From an uncultured virus (IMG/VR IMGVR_UViG_3300021961_000069) (lineage: Duplodnaviria > Heunggongvirae > Uroviricota > Caudoviricetes): a stretch of DNA of 64,000 nt. The notes under the pieces are model-generated. The model had not been told where the DNA came from and did not search any database. It saw only the letters and a program-made list of their open reading frames with translations. Shown here piece after piece: positions 17,646-26,646 of the stretch; the stretch's first letter is position 1; every line of letters begins with the position of its first letter. The translations under genes and the position numbers were made by a program. The stretch lies in the IMG/VR virus record IMGVR_UViG_3300021961_000069; one strand, 5' to 3'.

Positions 17646-18292
17646 TTGTATTACGAATGGAAAGTGACCCGCCATTGACTGAATTTGCTCCTCATTATAA
17701 TATTCCTATTGGAGTACAAAAGTATCTTGATATCAATTCAATCAACGAAATTAAAAAATTTTTATTAAAAAAAGAAGAAGAAATTTTAAAAAAAATTCCT
17801 TATGATTATGACGGTGGCACTGAAGCTGGTAAGAATAGTGTAACTGGAAGATTCCTACACTATAATTTGTTTAATTTCATACCAGATTGCAAAGAACTAC
17901 AAGGTCTTTTTGATTTCTTAAAAGAAAGCTATTTTGAATTTATCAATCAAGAAAATCTCGAACCGAGAGAAACAGAAATTGTAGGATGGTTCAATGCGTT
18001 GCGTAAAGGTGAAAGAATACACGAACATTCACACGGATTTGGAAACGATGTTTATCTAAGTGGAAATATTATTTTAGATGATGTTGATACACATACACGA
18101 TACCGATGCCCCTACAACTATGATACAGAAATTCCTGTATTAAACAGCAAGGGACTCTTGACAATCTTCCCAAGTTACGTGTATCATTATAGTGATACTT
18201 ATGAAGGTGACGATGTTCGACACAGCATAGCATTTGATATTAGAATTCCAGGCATAGAAGATAACACAAGAAAAGCAATTAAATTTACTTAG
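17642..18292 (+). CDS. 2OG-Fe(II) oxygenase-like protein
   Basis: WFN..HEHSH..LSG, IFPSYVYH, R.SIAFD double-stranded beta-helix motifs. Confidence 0.75.
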   Translation: MIVLRMESDPPLTEFAPHYNIPIGVQKYLDINSINEIKKFLLKKEEEILKKIPYDYDGGTEAGKNSVTGRFLHYNLFNFIPDCKELQGLFDFLKESYFEFINQENLEPRETEIVGWFNALRKGERIHEHSHGFGNDVYLSGNIILDDVDTHTRYRCPYNYDTEIPVLNSKGLLTIFPSYVYHYSDTYEGDDVRHSIAFDIRIPGIEDNTRKAIKFT

Positions 18293-18299
18293 GATTAAC

Positions 18300-19286
18300 A
18301 TGACATATATTTTAGTAGACACAGCGAATACATTTTTCCGTGCTAGACACGTAGTTAGAGGAGATGCTGACATCAAGTTAGGTATGGCATTTCACATAAC
18401 ACTAAACAGCATAAGGAAAGCGTGGCGTGACTTTAATGGTAGCCATGTTATATTCTGCTTAGAAGGACGGAGTTGGCGCAAAGATTATTACGAGCCATAC
18501 AAGCGCAATCGTTCAGATGCCCGTGCCGCACAGTCAGAAACAGAGCAAGAAGAAGATCGTGTGTTTTGGGAAGCGTTTGATACGTTCAAAGATTTCGTAC
18601 ACGAAAAGACTAACTGCACAGTAATACAACATCCACAACTAGAAGCAGATGATTTGATAGCAGGATGGATACAGAGCCATCCAGATGACGATCACGTTAT
18701 CATATCAACAGACTCGGACTTTGGACAATTGATAGCGCCTAACGTGAAACAGTATAATGGTGTATCAGAAACTACTATCACTCACGAAGGATACTTTGAT
18801 GATAAAGGTAATCCTGTGATTGATAAGAAAACTAATGAGCCTAAGAAAGCACCTGATCCAGAGTGGTTGCTGTTTGAAAAATGTATGAGAGGTGATACGT
18901 CAGACAACGTATTTTCAGCATATCCAGGTGTGCGTACTAAAGGTACTAAAAACAAAGTAGGATTGACAGAAGCATATGAAGATAAGAATTCAAAAGGATT
19001 TTCGTGGAACAATCTGATGCTACAGCGTTGGACAGATCACGAAGGTAAGGAGCATAGGGTGTTAGAAGATTATGAGCGCAATCGTAGATTGATTGATTTA
19101 ACAGCACAACCTGATGATATCAGGGCGATAATCAATGAAACTATAAACACCGCAACATCTGCTAACAAAAGCATAAGCCAAGTTGGAATACGCTTGATGA
19201 AATTCTGTCATCTATATGATTTACAGAAGATAGCGGATCAAGCACAGAGCTATGCGGAACCATTAAATGCGAGGTATCAACAATGA
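18300..19286 (+). CDS. rnh: T4 RNase H-like 5'-3' exonuclease (FEN/PIN)
   Basis: LVDTAN, SWRK..Y..YK.NR, EADD, ISTDSDF.QL, GDTSDNV. Confidence 0.92.
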   Translation: MTYILVDTANTFFRARHVVRGDADIKLGMAFHITLNSIRKAWRDFNGSHVIFCLEGRSWRKDYYEPYKRNRSDARAAQSETEQEEDRVFWEAFDTFKDFVHEKTNCTVIQHPQLEADDLIAGWIQSHPDDDHVIISTDSDFGQLIAPNVKQYNGVSETTITHEGYFDDKGNPVIDKKTNEPKKAPDPEWLLFEKCMRGDTSDNVFSAYPGVRTKGTKNKVGLTEAYEDKNSKGFSWNNLMLQRWTDHEGKEHRVLEDYERNRRLIDLTAQPDDIRAIINETINTATSANKSISQVGIRLMKFCHLYDLQKIADQAQSYAEPLNARYQQ

Positions 19287-19765
19287 CTATAGAATTACAT
19301 GCAAAAGCGATCATAGACGATAAGTTTTGGATCGTCGAAAAAAATGGCGTAAAGTTTGCTACATTACGTAAAAATGACGAGAACAAGTTTGTTTTAAGCA
19401 ACGAAAACGGCATACAGGTTTATCAGAACGAATCTGCACTTAAAAAGACATTTGGTAAAGATTTCTTTACAGTTAATATCATAAAAGAAGCAGAACACGC
19501 AGAACCTAATGAAGTCCATGGTTTTCCTACCAGTGTAAGACCTCATAACTCTATGTATGACATAGTAAAGAAACTTCCTTTATTCACTAAGAGTTCTGAC
19601 AGTAAAAGTTTGTATTGTGCTGGCTACTACACTATTAAGTTTGAAAAAGGTTGGGTCAAATCATTCTGTCCTAAACTGATAACTTTACAGCGTTACGATT
19701 ATCGTGGTCCTATGAAAACAGAACTAGAAATGAAACAGGTACTAGCACATGTCTCAGCAAAATAA
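19283..19765 (+). CDS. Hypothetical protein
   Basis: Coupled ORF; LPLFTK..S.S.YCAGYY..FCPK. Confidence 0.65.
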   Translation: MTIELHAKAIIDDKFWIVEKNGVKFATLRKNDENKFVLSNENGIQVYQNESALKKTFGKDFFTVNIIKEAEHAEPNEVHGFPTSVRPHNSMYDIVKKLPLFTKSSDSKSLYCAGYYTIKFEKGWVKSFCPKLITLQRYDYRGPMKTELEMKQVLAHVSAK

Positions 19766-20000
19766 TTTACCAACGAATTTACCGTCAGTTGAGAGATTGC
19801 TACAACGTGTAGCCGCCGCTGAAAAGAGCCAACAGAAAGATATACGCATATCTATACAAGAAGCTAGGGAATTAACAGCAGAACTAGCTATCATGACATC
19901 TAAGCTAGGTAAAACCGTTCAGGAAATACACGCTATGCTATCTCAAATACGTGAATCAACCACCAATATCGATGTGAAGTTTGACGGGGGAGGCTTCTAA
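19749..20000 (+). CDS. Hypothetical coiled-coil protein
   Basis: 83 aa ending DGGGF. Confidence 0.6.
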   Translation: MSQQNNLPTNLPSVERLLQRVAAAEKSQQKDIRISIQEARELTAELAIMTSKLGKTVQEIHAMLSQIRESTTNIDVKFDGGGF

Positions 20001-20042
20001 TCAGGATAAATATATACGTATTTAATTAAGCGTATTTTTATC

Positions 20043-20327
20043 ATGAGTAGACCTAAACCAAAAGTTTTGCTTGAATTTACAAACAAAGACACATATAAAG
20101 TAGAACAGATACTTGAGAGCGATGCTATCTGGGCAGTATTCTATCAGAATAAACCATTCAATCTCAAAAGTGGTAGTATGGTTTCCAGTTATCCTGGACC
20201 TAAATACAAGAAAGTATCGTTTAGTAACCCCGGACACGCATACAATCTAGCTAAGAAACTCAATCGTATGTTCAAGTCAGAAGAATTCATCGTTGTAAAG
20301 CTCACCCAAGGGGAGAAGGTAGGTTAG
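20043..20327 (+). CDS. Hypothetical protein
   Basis: MSRPKP start; ATAAATA at 20006-20012 upstream. Confidence 0.65.
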   Translation: MSRPKPKVLLEFTNKDTYKVEQILESDAIWAVFYQNKPFNLKSGSMVSSYPGPKYKKVSFSNPGHAYNLAKKLNRMFKSEEFIVVKLTQGEKVG

Positions 20328-20328
20328 C

Positions 20329-20730
20329 ATGGATGTAAAGGATACCTACACAACGGTATTCCTCAAAGCCGCGAACAAGGATGCCGACCCCAAAACTATC
20401 AAGGAATATAGACACGCTTGGTGGTATAATCCTAGACAAGAAGGCGGACTGCGTCTCACACAGCCTGCTATCGAGTTTATACAGAAAGACGCAGACATTA
20501 AAACCTATAAAGTAAAATTTCCAAAAGGCTTTGGAATCACAGCACAGGTGCTTTTATATCTTGACAAAAACCTAGATGGCCCGTATTATATTACTAGTAG
20601 AAGCATTACTGTATTGAAAGAAAAAGCCGCTTTTGAACTTTATATGTTCTCAGGTGACGTTTCTAAGATGGGATATAACAAAGCATTGGCTCGAAGATTT
20701 AGCCAAGAATCCGAAGACGAAAAAGAGTAA
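20329..20730 (+). CDS. Hypothetical protein
   Basis: WW.NPR..GGLRLT motif; in operon. Confidence 0.6.
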   Translation: MDVKDTYTTVFLKAANKDADPKTIKEYRHAWWYNPRQEGGLRLTQPAIEFIQKDADIKTYKVKFPKGFGITAQVLLYLDKNLDGPYYITSRSITVLKEKAAFELYMFSGDVSKMGYNKALARRFSQESEDEKE

Positions 20731-20732
20731 TC

Positions 20733-20740
20733 TATAAATA
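20733..20740 (+). promoter_or_regulatory. T4-type late promoter TATAAATA
   Basis: Exact consensus, 7 nt before ATG 20748. Confidence 0.75.
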
Positions 20741-20747
20741 TTTCTGT

Positions 20748-21020
20748 ATGTTTAAATTGAACCCTATTGATGTGTTGAAGAAGCGTGAGTTAAGGACTTT
20801 ACCTCCTCACTTTTCAACCATAGAAATTACAGACTCTGAATTGTTTGATCTAGGTGAATCTCGTTGGATTCACAATAAACTAAAAGGAAGATTCTGTATA
20901 GTTTCCAAACCATCAGTAGATAGAGATAACAAATTAAAATCTACAACTGTTGTAGGTTTTGAAGATTCTAAAGAATTAACATATTTTATGTTAGCATGTC
21001 CATTATTAAGGAGAAGATAG
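20748..21020 (+). CDS. Hypothetical protein
   Basis: 90-aa ORF after a late box. Confidence 0.6.
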   Translation: MFKLNPIDVLKKRELRTLPPHFSTIEITDSELFDLGESRWIHNKLKGRFCIVSKPSVDRDNKLKSTTVVGFEDSKELTYFMLACPLLRRR

Positions 21021-21299
21021 ATGTCAGAAGAAAATTTAGAAACACAAGCACCTGAAGCACCTGCTACTCCAGTAGAGCCGACTCCAATGGCAAATACTGA
21101 AGCACAGCAACCTGCAGAAGGTGAAGCACAACAACCAGCTGATTTAAATATCAGCGATTTAGTAGCATTGAAAAGCATTATCGATGTTGCAACACAACGT
21201 GGAGCGTTCAAAGCGGCGGAGATGGAAGCAGTAGGTAAAACCTATAATAAATTAAGCACCTTCCTCGAGTCTGTTACAAAACAAAAAGAAGGAGAATAA
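21021..21299 (+). CDS. Hypothetical protein with disordered Pro/Ala/Glu N-terminus
   Basis: AGGAG SD; C-terminal L...DL..L..IIDVA..RGAFKA.E. Confidence 0.65.
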   Translation: MSEENLETQAPEAPATPVEPTPMANTEAQQPAEGEAQQPADLNISDLVALKSIIDVATQRGAFKAAEMEAVGKTYNKLSTFLESVTKQKEGE

Positions 21300-21302
21300 T
21301 CC

Positions 21303-21938
21303 ATGGCAACACTAAAACACGTAGGAAGAATGACTAAATCTAAAGAAAGAGTATTAGTCGCTTTCCGTACATTACCTGGAGAATCGAATCAAGCATTAGT
21401 AGTGCCTGTTTCATCTCTTACCCCGGATCAACATGATGCACTAATGAAATTGCTAGAAAGCACACAAGCACAGTCAGCTTTTGAATTCGGTGAAATTATG
21501 TTTAAAAATACTTTTCCAGATGGAAAATTTATATTGCAGTCATTAAGAGCATCAGGAGTATTACAAAAAGTCGCTACAGATCAAATTACTATGACTCCAG
21601 ATACACAACAAACTGTTGTTCTTTCTGAATTAAACAAACTTATCGCTGAACAGAAAAACATGGCTATTGATGATTTATATACGTTAGTATCAGGAGCACC
21701 TAAATCAGGTACAGAAGTACAAGATGTAGCTACAGTAACTGAAACACCAGCACCTAAGTCTGAGCCATTAAGAGCTCAAGCACCAGAGAATGGTGTGTTA
21801 AGTGATGAAGATATCGCTAAATCATATCGTAGCCAAGCAGACGCTATGTACAAAGAAGCGGCAAGACTACGTAGAGAGGCGGACGAATTAGATCCTCCGA
21901 AGAAAAAAACAGTAACTAAAGAGAAAGAAAGTGCATAA
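21303..21938 (+). CDS. Hypothetical protein
   Basis: AGGAG SD; 211 aa with C-terminal coiled coil. Confidence 0.65.
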   Translation: MATLKHVGRMTKSKERVLVAFRTLPGESNQALVVPVSSLTPDQHDALMKLLESTQAQSAFEFGEIMFKNTFPDGKFILQSLRASGVLQKVATDQITMTPDTQQTVVLSELNKLIAEQKNMAIDDLYTLVSGAPKSGTEVQDVATVTETPAPKSEPLRAQAPENGVLSDEDIAKSYRSQADAMYKEAARLRREADELDPPKKKTVTKEKESA

Positions 21939-22243
21939 TGGCTAATCCTTTGTTTAAGCCACCGCGTCATTTAGTTAAAGAGTGGCCTGAAGTTTTTGAA
22001 GATCTTTATATGAATACCATGCCGGTAGCATATTTAGATCATGTTCATATAGAGTTTGAAGATGGACGCATCTGGGAAATTGATGTACGACAGCAATTAG
22101 GTGAAAAGACTGCTGACGATATTGCAGGTGTTCTTCTTAATACAATGAGCGAATATAAAGATGAAATCACTAAATTAGATTTCAAAGTTAATATTCAAAA
22201 ACTTAAAAAGGATATTTTAGATAGTACAAAAACTATACTCTAG
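21938..22243 (+). CDS. Hypothetical protein
   Basis: TAATG coupling; last gene of the + arm. Confidence 0.6.
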   Translation: MANPLFKPPRHLVKEWPEVFEDLYMNTMPVAYLDHVHIEFEDGRIWEIDVRQQLGEKTADDIAGVLLNTMSEYKDEITKLDFKVNIQKLKKDILDSTKTIL

Positions 22244-23456
22244 TATTTCCGTAATGGATGACTTTTATATCTTCGTCATCTGATTCAAACATACGCCAAG
22301 GGTCAACAACGATTGACCCTTTTTCTATTTTACAGTAAAGATCTTGTTGTTCCTTGAATCCTCTATAGTCGTATGTGATTTTTCTATTGTGTGCTAACAG
22401 CACGACGCCTTTGACAGAATCTATGTTATCTCCTGTCATTGGATCGATATATGTGGGTGTGTATTCTAGTTCTTCGCAATAATGTCCTATTAATAAACTG
22501 TACGAGCCTGCTGTATATTCTACATCGGGTTTATAGGCCTTACCGTGGATGTAAACGTTTAAATTAGACGCCCTAGCGTGCTTTACAAGGGTATTTGCAA
22601 GGTTAAATGCTTGTACTTCTCGTGCATTCATGATAGCATCAAAGATATCATATCCTAGATCCAAATTTTTAGCCATATAACGCAGTGCAATATTATCTCT
22701 AGGATGGCAAGCACCGGCATCTCCCATACCTGCTGTCATATATTGCGGACCCATAATACGCATAGTGGACTTGGCTAATGCATCAGTAACTACATCTACA
22801 TTGATATTTCCTTGTTTTTCTGCTACATCTTGAATCATATTAACTAATCCAATCTTTGTTGATATGAAAGTGTTGTAAAATACTTTGATACATTCGCATT
22901 CGTCCCAAGTTCCTACAACATATCTAGGATTATTCTCCATAATTGTTGTATAAAAAGAAATTAATTCTTTGGCATCACCTGTTTCGGTTCCGTCTTCAGT
23001 TCCAATCATTACCATTTCAGGGTTGACCATATCCCATCCTACACTTCCCATAGCTATTAGATAGGGATTGTATACAAATCTAGTATTAGTCACTTCTGGT
23101 TCTAGTTCTCTACGCACTGTTCCTGGTAGCACTGTAGATATAAGTACCAATAGTTGTTTTTTGTTCATCCATGTATCTGCATCTTTTAATGATTGTTTTG
23201 CTATGCTGTAATCAAAATCTCTAGGTTCTAGGTGTGCTGATGGAGTGGCACCTTCATAGGCCGGTTCGTGAGGAGTAGGCACTGCTACAAAAACTATATC
23301 TCTATCTTGTACACATTCTTGTATGCTATTAACAACAGTAACATGTCTACTGGTCTTAGGTTCTACATCATAACCTTTTACATCGTGTCCTTTTTTTGCT
23401 ATCTCTTCTGCACACGGTAACCCTAATTTGCCTATACCAATAAACCCAATCTTCAT
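22233..23456 (-). CDS. ugd: UDP-glucose/GDP-mannose 6-dehydrogenase family protein
   Basis: GFIGIGKLG Rossmann motif, AVPTP, STVLPGT, KVFYN, GACHPRD, AYKPD. Confidence 0.9.
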   Translation of the reverse strand: MKIGFIGIGKLGLPCAEEIAKKGHDVKGYDVEPKTSRHVTVVNSIQECVQDRDIVFVAVPTPHEPAYEGATPSAHLEPRDFDYSIAKQSLKDADTWMNKKQLLVLISTVLPGTVRRELEPEVTNTRFVYNPYLIAMGSVGWDMVNPEMVMIGTEDGTETGDAKELISFYTTIMENNPRYVVGTWDECECIKVFYNTFISTKIGLVNMIQDVAEKQGNINVDVVTDALAKSTMRIMGPQYMTAGMGDAGACHPRDNIALRYMAKNLDLGYDIFDAIMNAREVQAFNLANTLVKHARASNLNVYIHGKAYKPDVEYTAGSYSLLIGHYCEELEYTPTYIDPMTGDNIDSVKGVVLLAHNRKITYDYRGFKEQQDLYCKIEKGSIVVDPWRMFESDDEDIKVIHYGNTRV

Positions 23457-23505
23457 TTTTTACTCCAATAAATATGCTAATATATTTAACAATCGTTTAA
23501 ATCCT

Positions 23506-24714
23506 ATGCGAATGATCATGAACTCTTTACGTCCTAATCACTATATTAGGAATTGTAAAGAAACTATTTTTACAGTTCTTCTAAGAGAAATTATTTCACA
23601 AAATAAACTTAAATTAGAAAAATTCATTCCTTACGAATATATACATGGATTGTTAAGTTATCCTCCTAGATGGGATCCTAATACAGATATATTCCAATAT
23701 ATTAAACCAGACTATCTAACAAAATTACAGAACAAACAAGCATATTTCATTTTTGATTCTAGCACAGAAGGATTTAGCTCTACCTATGAATTTCCTTTTT
23801 TCGCTATGCTATATCATAACTGTGAAAACTATAATGTAGATCCAGCCATGGTTATTTTTGTTTCAAGCAATTTGCGTGATGAGAATACCTTAGAAAACTA
23901 CGCCAAAGAAAAAAATTTAAAACCTATCAACGTTTTTAGTTTTCTTAGTTTTGAACAAGTGATAACTATAGACGAAAGACGTAGAGAAGAAGCAACTAAA
24001 TTACAATACGAAACGACTCAACACTTTGTACAAAATCAATTCCAAGATAAGTACTTTTCAAGCCTTAGCAGAGTATATAGGCATTATAGAAGTCTAGGAA
24101 CTTTTTTACTTTGTCAATCAGAAATCGCAGATAAAGCATTGATAAGTCATGGAGTTATGCCTAAGGTAGTCCCAGAAATATGGTTAAGTACTAACAATCT
24201 AAATGAATTTACCGAAGAAGATTTTATAGAATGGAACGACTCTCTTCCACTAACTGTAGATCATACAGATTTTGATACCAACTGGGCTATCAATACTCCT
24301 TATAGACACATACACGATCAAACACTATTTCAGATAGTCAATGAAACATTAGTACAAGATTGGAATGAAACCACGCTGTTTTATAGTGAAAAGAGTTTCC
24401 GTCCTATAGCACATTTTCAACCTTTTGTAATTTGGGGGCAGAAAGGTTGTAATAAACATCTAGGTAATGTAGGTTATCGTATCTATGAAGATTGGTTTGA
24501 TTTAAGTTTTGATGATGAACCTGACAATATCCTTAGATATAAAAAACTATTAGCAACCGTTATAGATATTTGTAAAATGTTAGACTCTATGTCTCGAGAT
24601 CAAAAGATAGAATGGCGTTTTAAAAATAAAGAATTATTGATAGATAATTTTACCACTATGATTTCTTCGTCCTATAGCAGACAAAAACTTTTAGATTTTT
24701 TGATTAAAATCTAG
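23506..24714 (+). CDS. Putative glycosyltransferase-like protein (inverted relative to the cluster)
   Basis: IVNET..FYSEKSFRPI..QPFVI.G..GY..W motif resembles the (S/T)EK region of GT10-like folds; start reassigned to downstream of ATAAATA 23468-23474. Confidence 0.5.
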   Translation: MRMIMNSLRPNHYIRNCKETIFTVLLREIISQNKLKLEKFIPYEYIHGLLSYPPRWDPNTDIFQYIKPDYLTKLQNKQAYFIFDSSTEGFSSTYEFPFFAMLYHNCENYNVDPAMVIFVSSNLRDENTLENYAKEKNLKPINVFSFLSFEQVITIDERRREEATKLQYETTQHFVQNQFQDKYFSSLSRVYRHYRSLGTFLLCQSEIADKALISHGVMPKVVPEIWLSTNNLNEFTEEDFIEWNDSLPLTVDHTDFDTNWAINTPYRHIHDQTLFQIVNETLVQDWNETTLFYSEKSFRPIAHFQPFVIWGQKGCNKHLGNVGYRIYEDWFDLSFDDEPDNILRYKKLLATVIDICKMLDSMSRDQKIEWRFKNKELLIDNFTTMISSSYSRQKLLDFLIKI

Positions 24715-25474
24715 GAGGACTCTTAGAAAACCAGTGTTTTTCAACTTGTTCAACTGTTTTTGATTTTCTTACTAACTCTTCGTGATGATTTACAAATTCT
24801 TTTGTAGATTCTTTTAGTTTTAAATTAGGAAAAATCCTTTCTAGATATCGTAAATGCCCTGCAGGAGTTGGATGATAATCGAACGTTTGTCCTCCGGGCG
24901 CTAATATAGGAGTTTCTGGCCAGCGCCCTTGATATACTGTATTCAATATATCAGGTTTAACATACTTTAAAGTATCTTGATATAATTTCATTATGTCTCT
25001 ATAGTTTCCCATATGTTTATTTTCAGCACAGATTAATTGTTCAAAAGGGGACATATTAAGAAAATACCAAGTAGCTTCTGTCGATTCTAAATATCGTCTA
25101 GTGAGATCTATTAATGCCATATCTCTTAAAAGATATCCTTTCGGATCAGCGAATTTTTGCACCCAGGCTTCGTCATAAAGGCCTTGGGTAAAAATGTTTC
25201 CTGGTGTATTCCAATCATTATTATAATATCTATCTTCTCGACATATACTAGACCACATTATGATTACTAAATCTCCTTTTCCTATTTTATAACGATTAAC
25301 AGTTTCTGTTAAAGAACACGATATAAAAAGATTGCCGCCGCCGCTCTTGCCATAATTATAGCTTTCCGGTGATTCTTGAGATAATATATCTGCCCAAGTT
25401 GGCCATCGATAAGCTGTCATCGAGCATCCGAATGCGAAGAATCTTTTGTGTCTTGACATATCTATTAATGCCAT
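24704..25474 (-). CDS. SGNH-like hydrolase/acyltransferase
   Basis: FAFGCSMT, NYGKSGGGN, IMWS...RED, DYHP. Confidence 0.6.
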   Translation of the reverse strand: MALIDMSRHKRFFAFGCSMTAYRWPTWADILSQESPESYNYGKSGGGNLFISCSLTETVNRYKIGKGDLVIIMWSSICREDRYYNNDWNTPGNIFTQGLYDEAWVQKFADPKGYLLRDMALIDLTRRYLESTEATWYFLNMSPFEQLICAENKHMGNYRDIMKLYQDTLKYVKPDILNTVYQGRWPETPILAPGGQTFDYHPTPAGHLRYLERIFPNLKLKESTKEFVNHHEELVRKSKTVEQVEKHWFSKSPPRF

Positions 25475-26646
25475 AGTGTTGCCTCTAATTCAGGAAATGT
25501 TTTTTTAAAATTTCTTAATCTTATAGTATCGTATTTTAAATTTTTTAATTTTAGCTCATCTCTTAGATCTAGATTTACTTCGCTATCTCTTAGATGATTT
25601 ACTATCAACATTAATTTAGAATCAATGTGATCACTGAATCTACAGTTTAATAATCTATCTATAATTTTAGCCCTTTTCGATCTATCTAGAAGTTTAATAC
25701 TGTAACATTCTGGGTTAATTATGTTATAGAACTGCGGATTATATTTAGAAACATCAACTAGTTCGTTGTCAATGAGATATCTCATCAATTCTGGTATGGT
25801 CAATACATTAAAGATAGAAACTACTGTATCTGTCTGTAGATTAACGTGCGGAGTTTCTCTTCTTATAAGTCTGATGTTATTTTCAAGAGTATTCCAATCT
25901 GTTCCTTCTCGTATGTATTCAGCACGTTCTCCCCAACTATCTATACTAGCACCAACATTAACATTTTCAAACTGTTTCCACAAGTCAATTATGTTTTTGT
26001 TTTTGTATCTTAGAACACTTAAATTACTGTTGTATCTAAGTTTAACATCAGTCCTTCCGTGCTCTATGAGATATTCTAATATTGCATAGTGCTTATCTGT
26101 AAGCAATGGTTCTCCGCCCGCGAAGTAAAATTCTTCTATGGTATCGAAGTGTGGTTCGAACTGTTTGTATAAATCATCATTAGTGTCACCTCCGGCGAAG
26201 ATATAGACTTTATCTTTACCATCTTCAGTGGCCCAGCTGGACGAGTAGGTGCTACTACAGGAGCGACACTTGAAGTTACAGATGTTACTCCATCTGACAT
26301 CAAGATATCTCAACTTCATTTCGTCCAGCGTGCCATCTGACTGGGTGCTTAGAGCATCTGGTATGTATTTCTCGAATTGTATATTAACTGATTGTCTAAA
26401 ACTATTGTTACCTGCTTCCTCATTAGAGTAACAAGCCATGCATTCTTCACAGCGTTCCCCCTGTAACATCTTGCTACGCATAGTTTTAAATTTTTCATTA
26501 TTAAAAATCTCTTGTATGGTGTTTTCCTGGACGTTGCCCATAGGCATGCGATAGTCACCTATGCAACAGGGTAACACATTTCCATCAGGATTGGCATAAA
26601 CATGAATCCAAGGTAGTATGCAGAATGTCTTACTGGGCGCAGTCAT
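25465..26646 (-). CDS. Radical SAM protein with N-terminal twitch/SPASM domain
   Basis: FCILPW..PCC..CEECMAC; CNFKCRSC; FAGGEP. Confidence 0.88.
   Translation of the reverse strand: MTAPSKTFCILPWIHVYANPDGNVLPCCIGDYRMPMGNVQENTIQEIFNNEKFKTMRSKMLQGERCEECMACYSNEEAGNNSFRQSVNIQFEKYIPDALSTQSDGTLDEMKLRYLDVRWSNICNFKCRSCSSTYSSSWATEDGKDKVYIFAGGDTNDDLYKQFEPHFDTIEEFYFAGGEPLLTDKHYAILEYLIEHGRTDVKLRYNSNLSVLRYKNKNIIDLWKQFENVNVGASIDSWGERAEYIREGTDWNTLENNIRLIRRETPHVNLQTDTVVSIFNVLTIPELMRYLIDNELVDVSKYNPQFYNIINPECYSIKLLDRSKRAKIIDRLLNCRFSDHIDSKLMLIVNHLRDSEVNLDLRDELKLKNLKYDTIRLRNFKKTFPELEATLWH

Noticed and set aside
23428..23505. ORF-track N-terminal extensions (also 439-489, 27992-28015, 44234-44272)
   Set aside because: They overlap neighbouring genes or promoter boxes; downstream ATGs fit the SD, promoter and coupling evidence better
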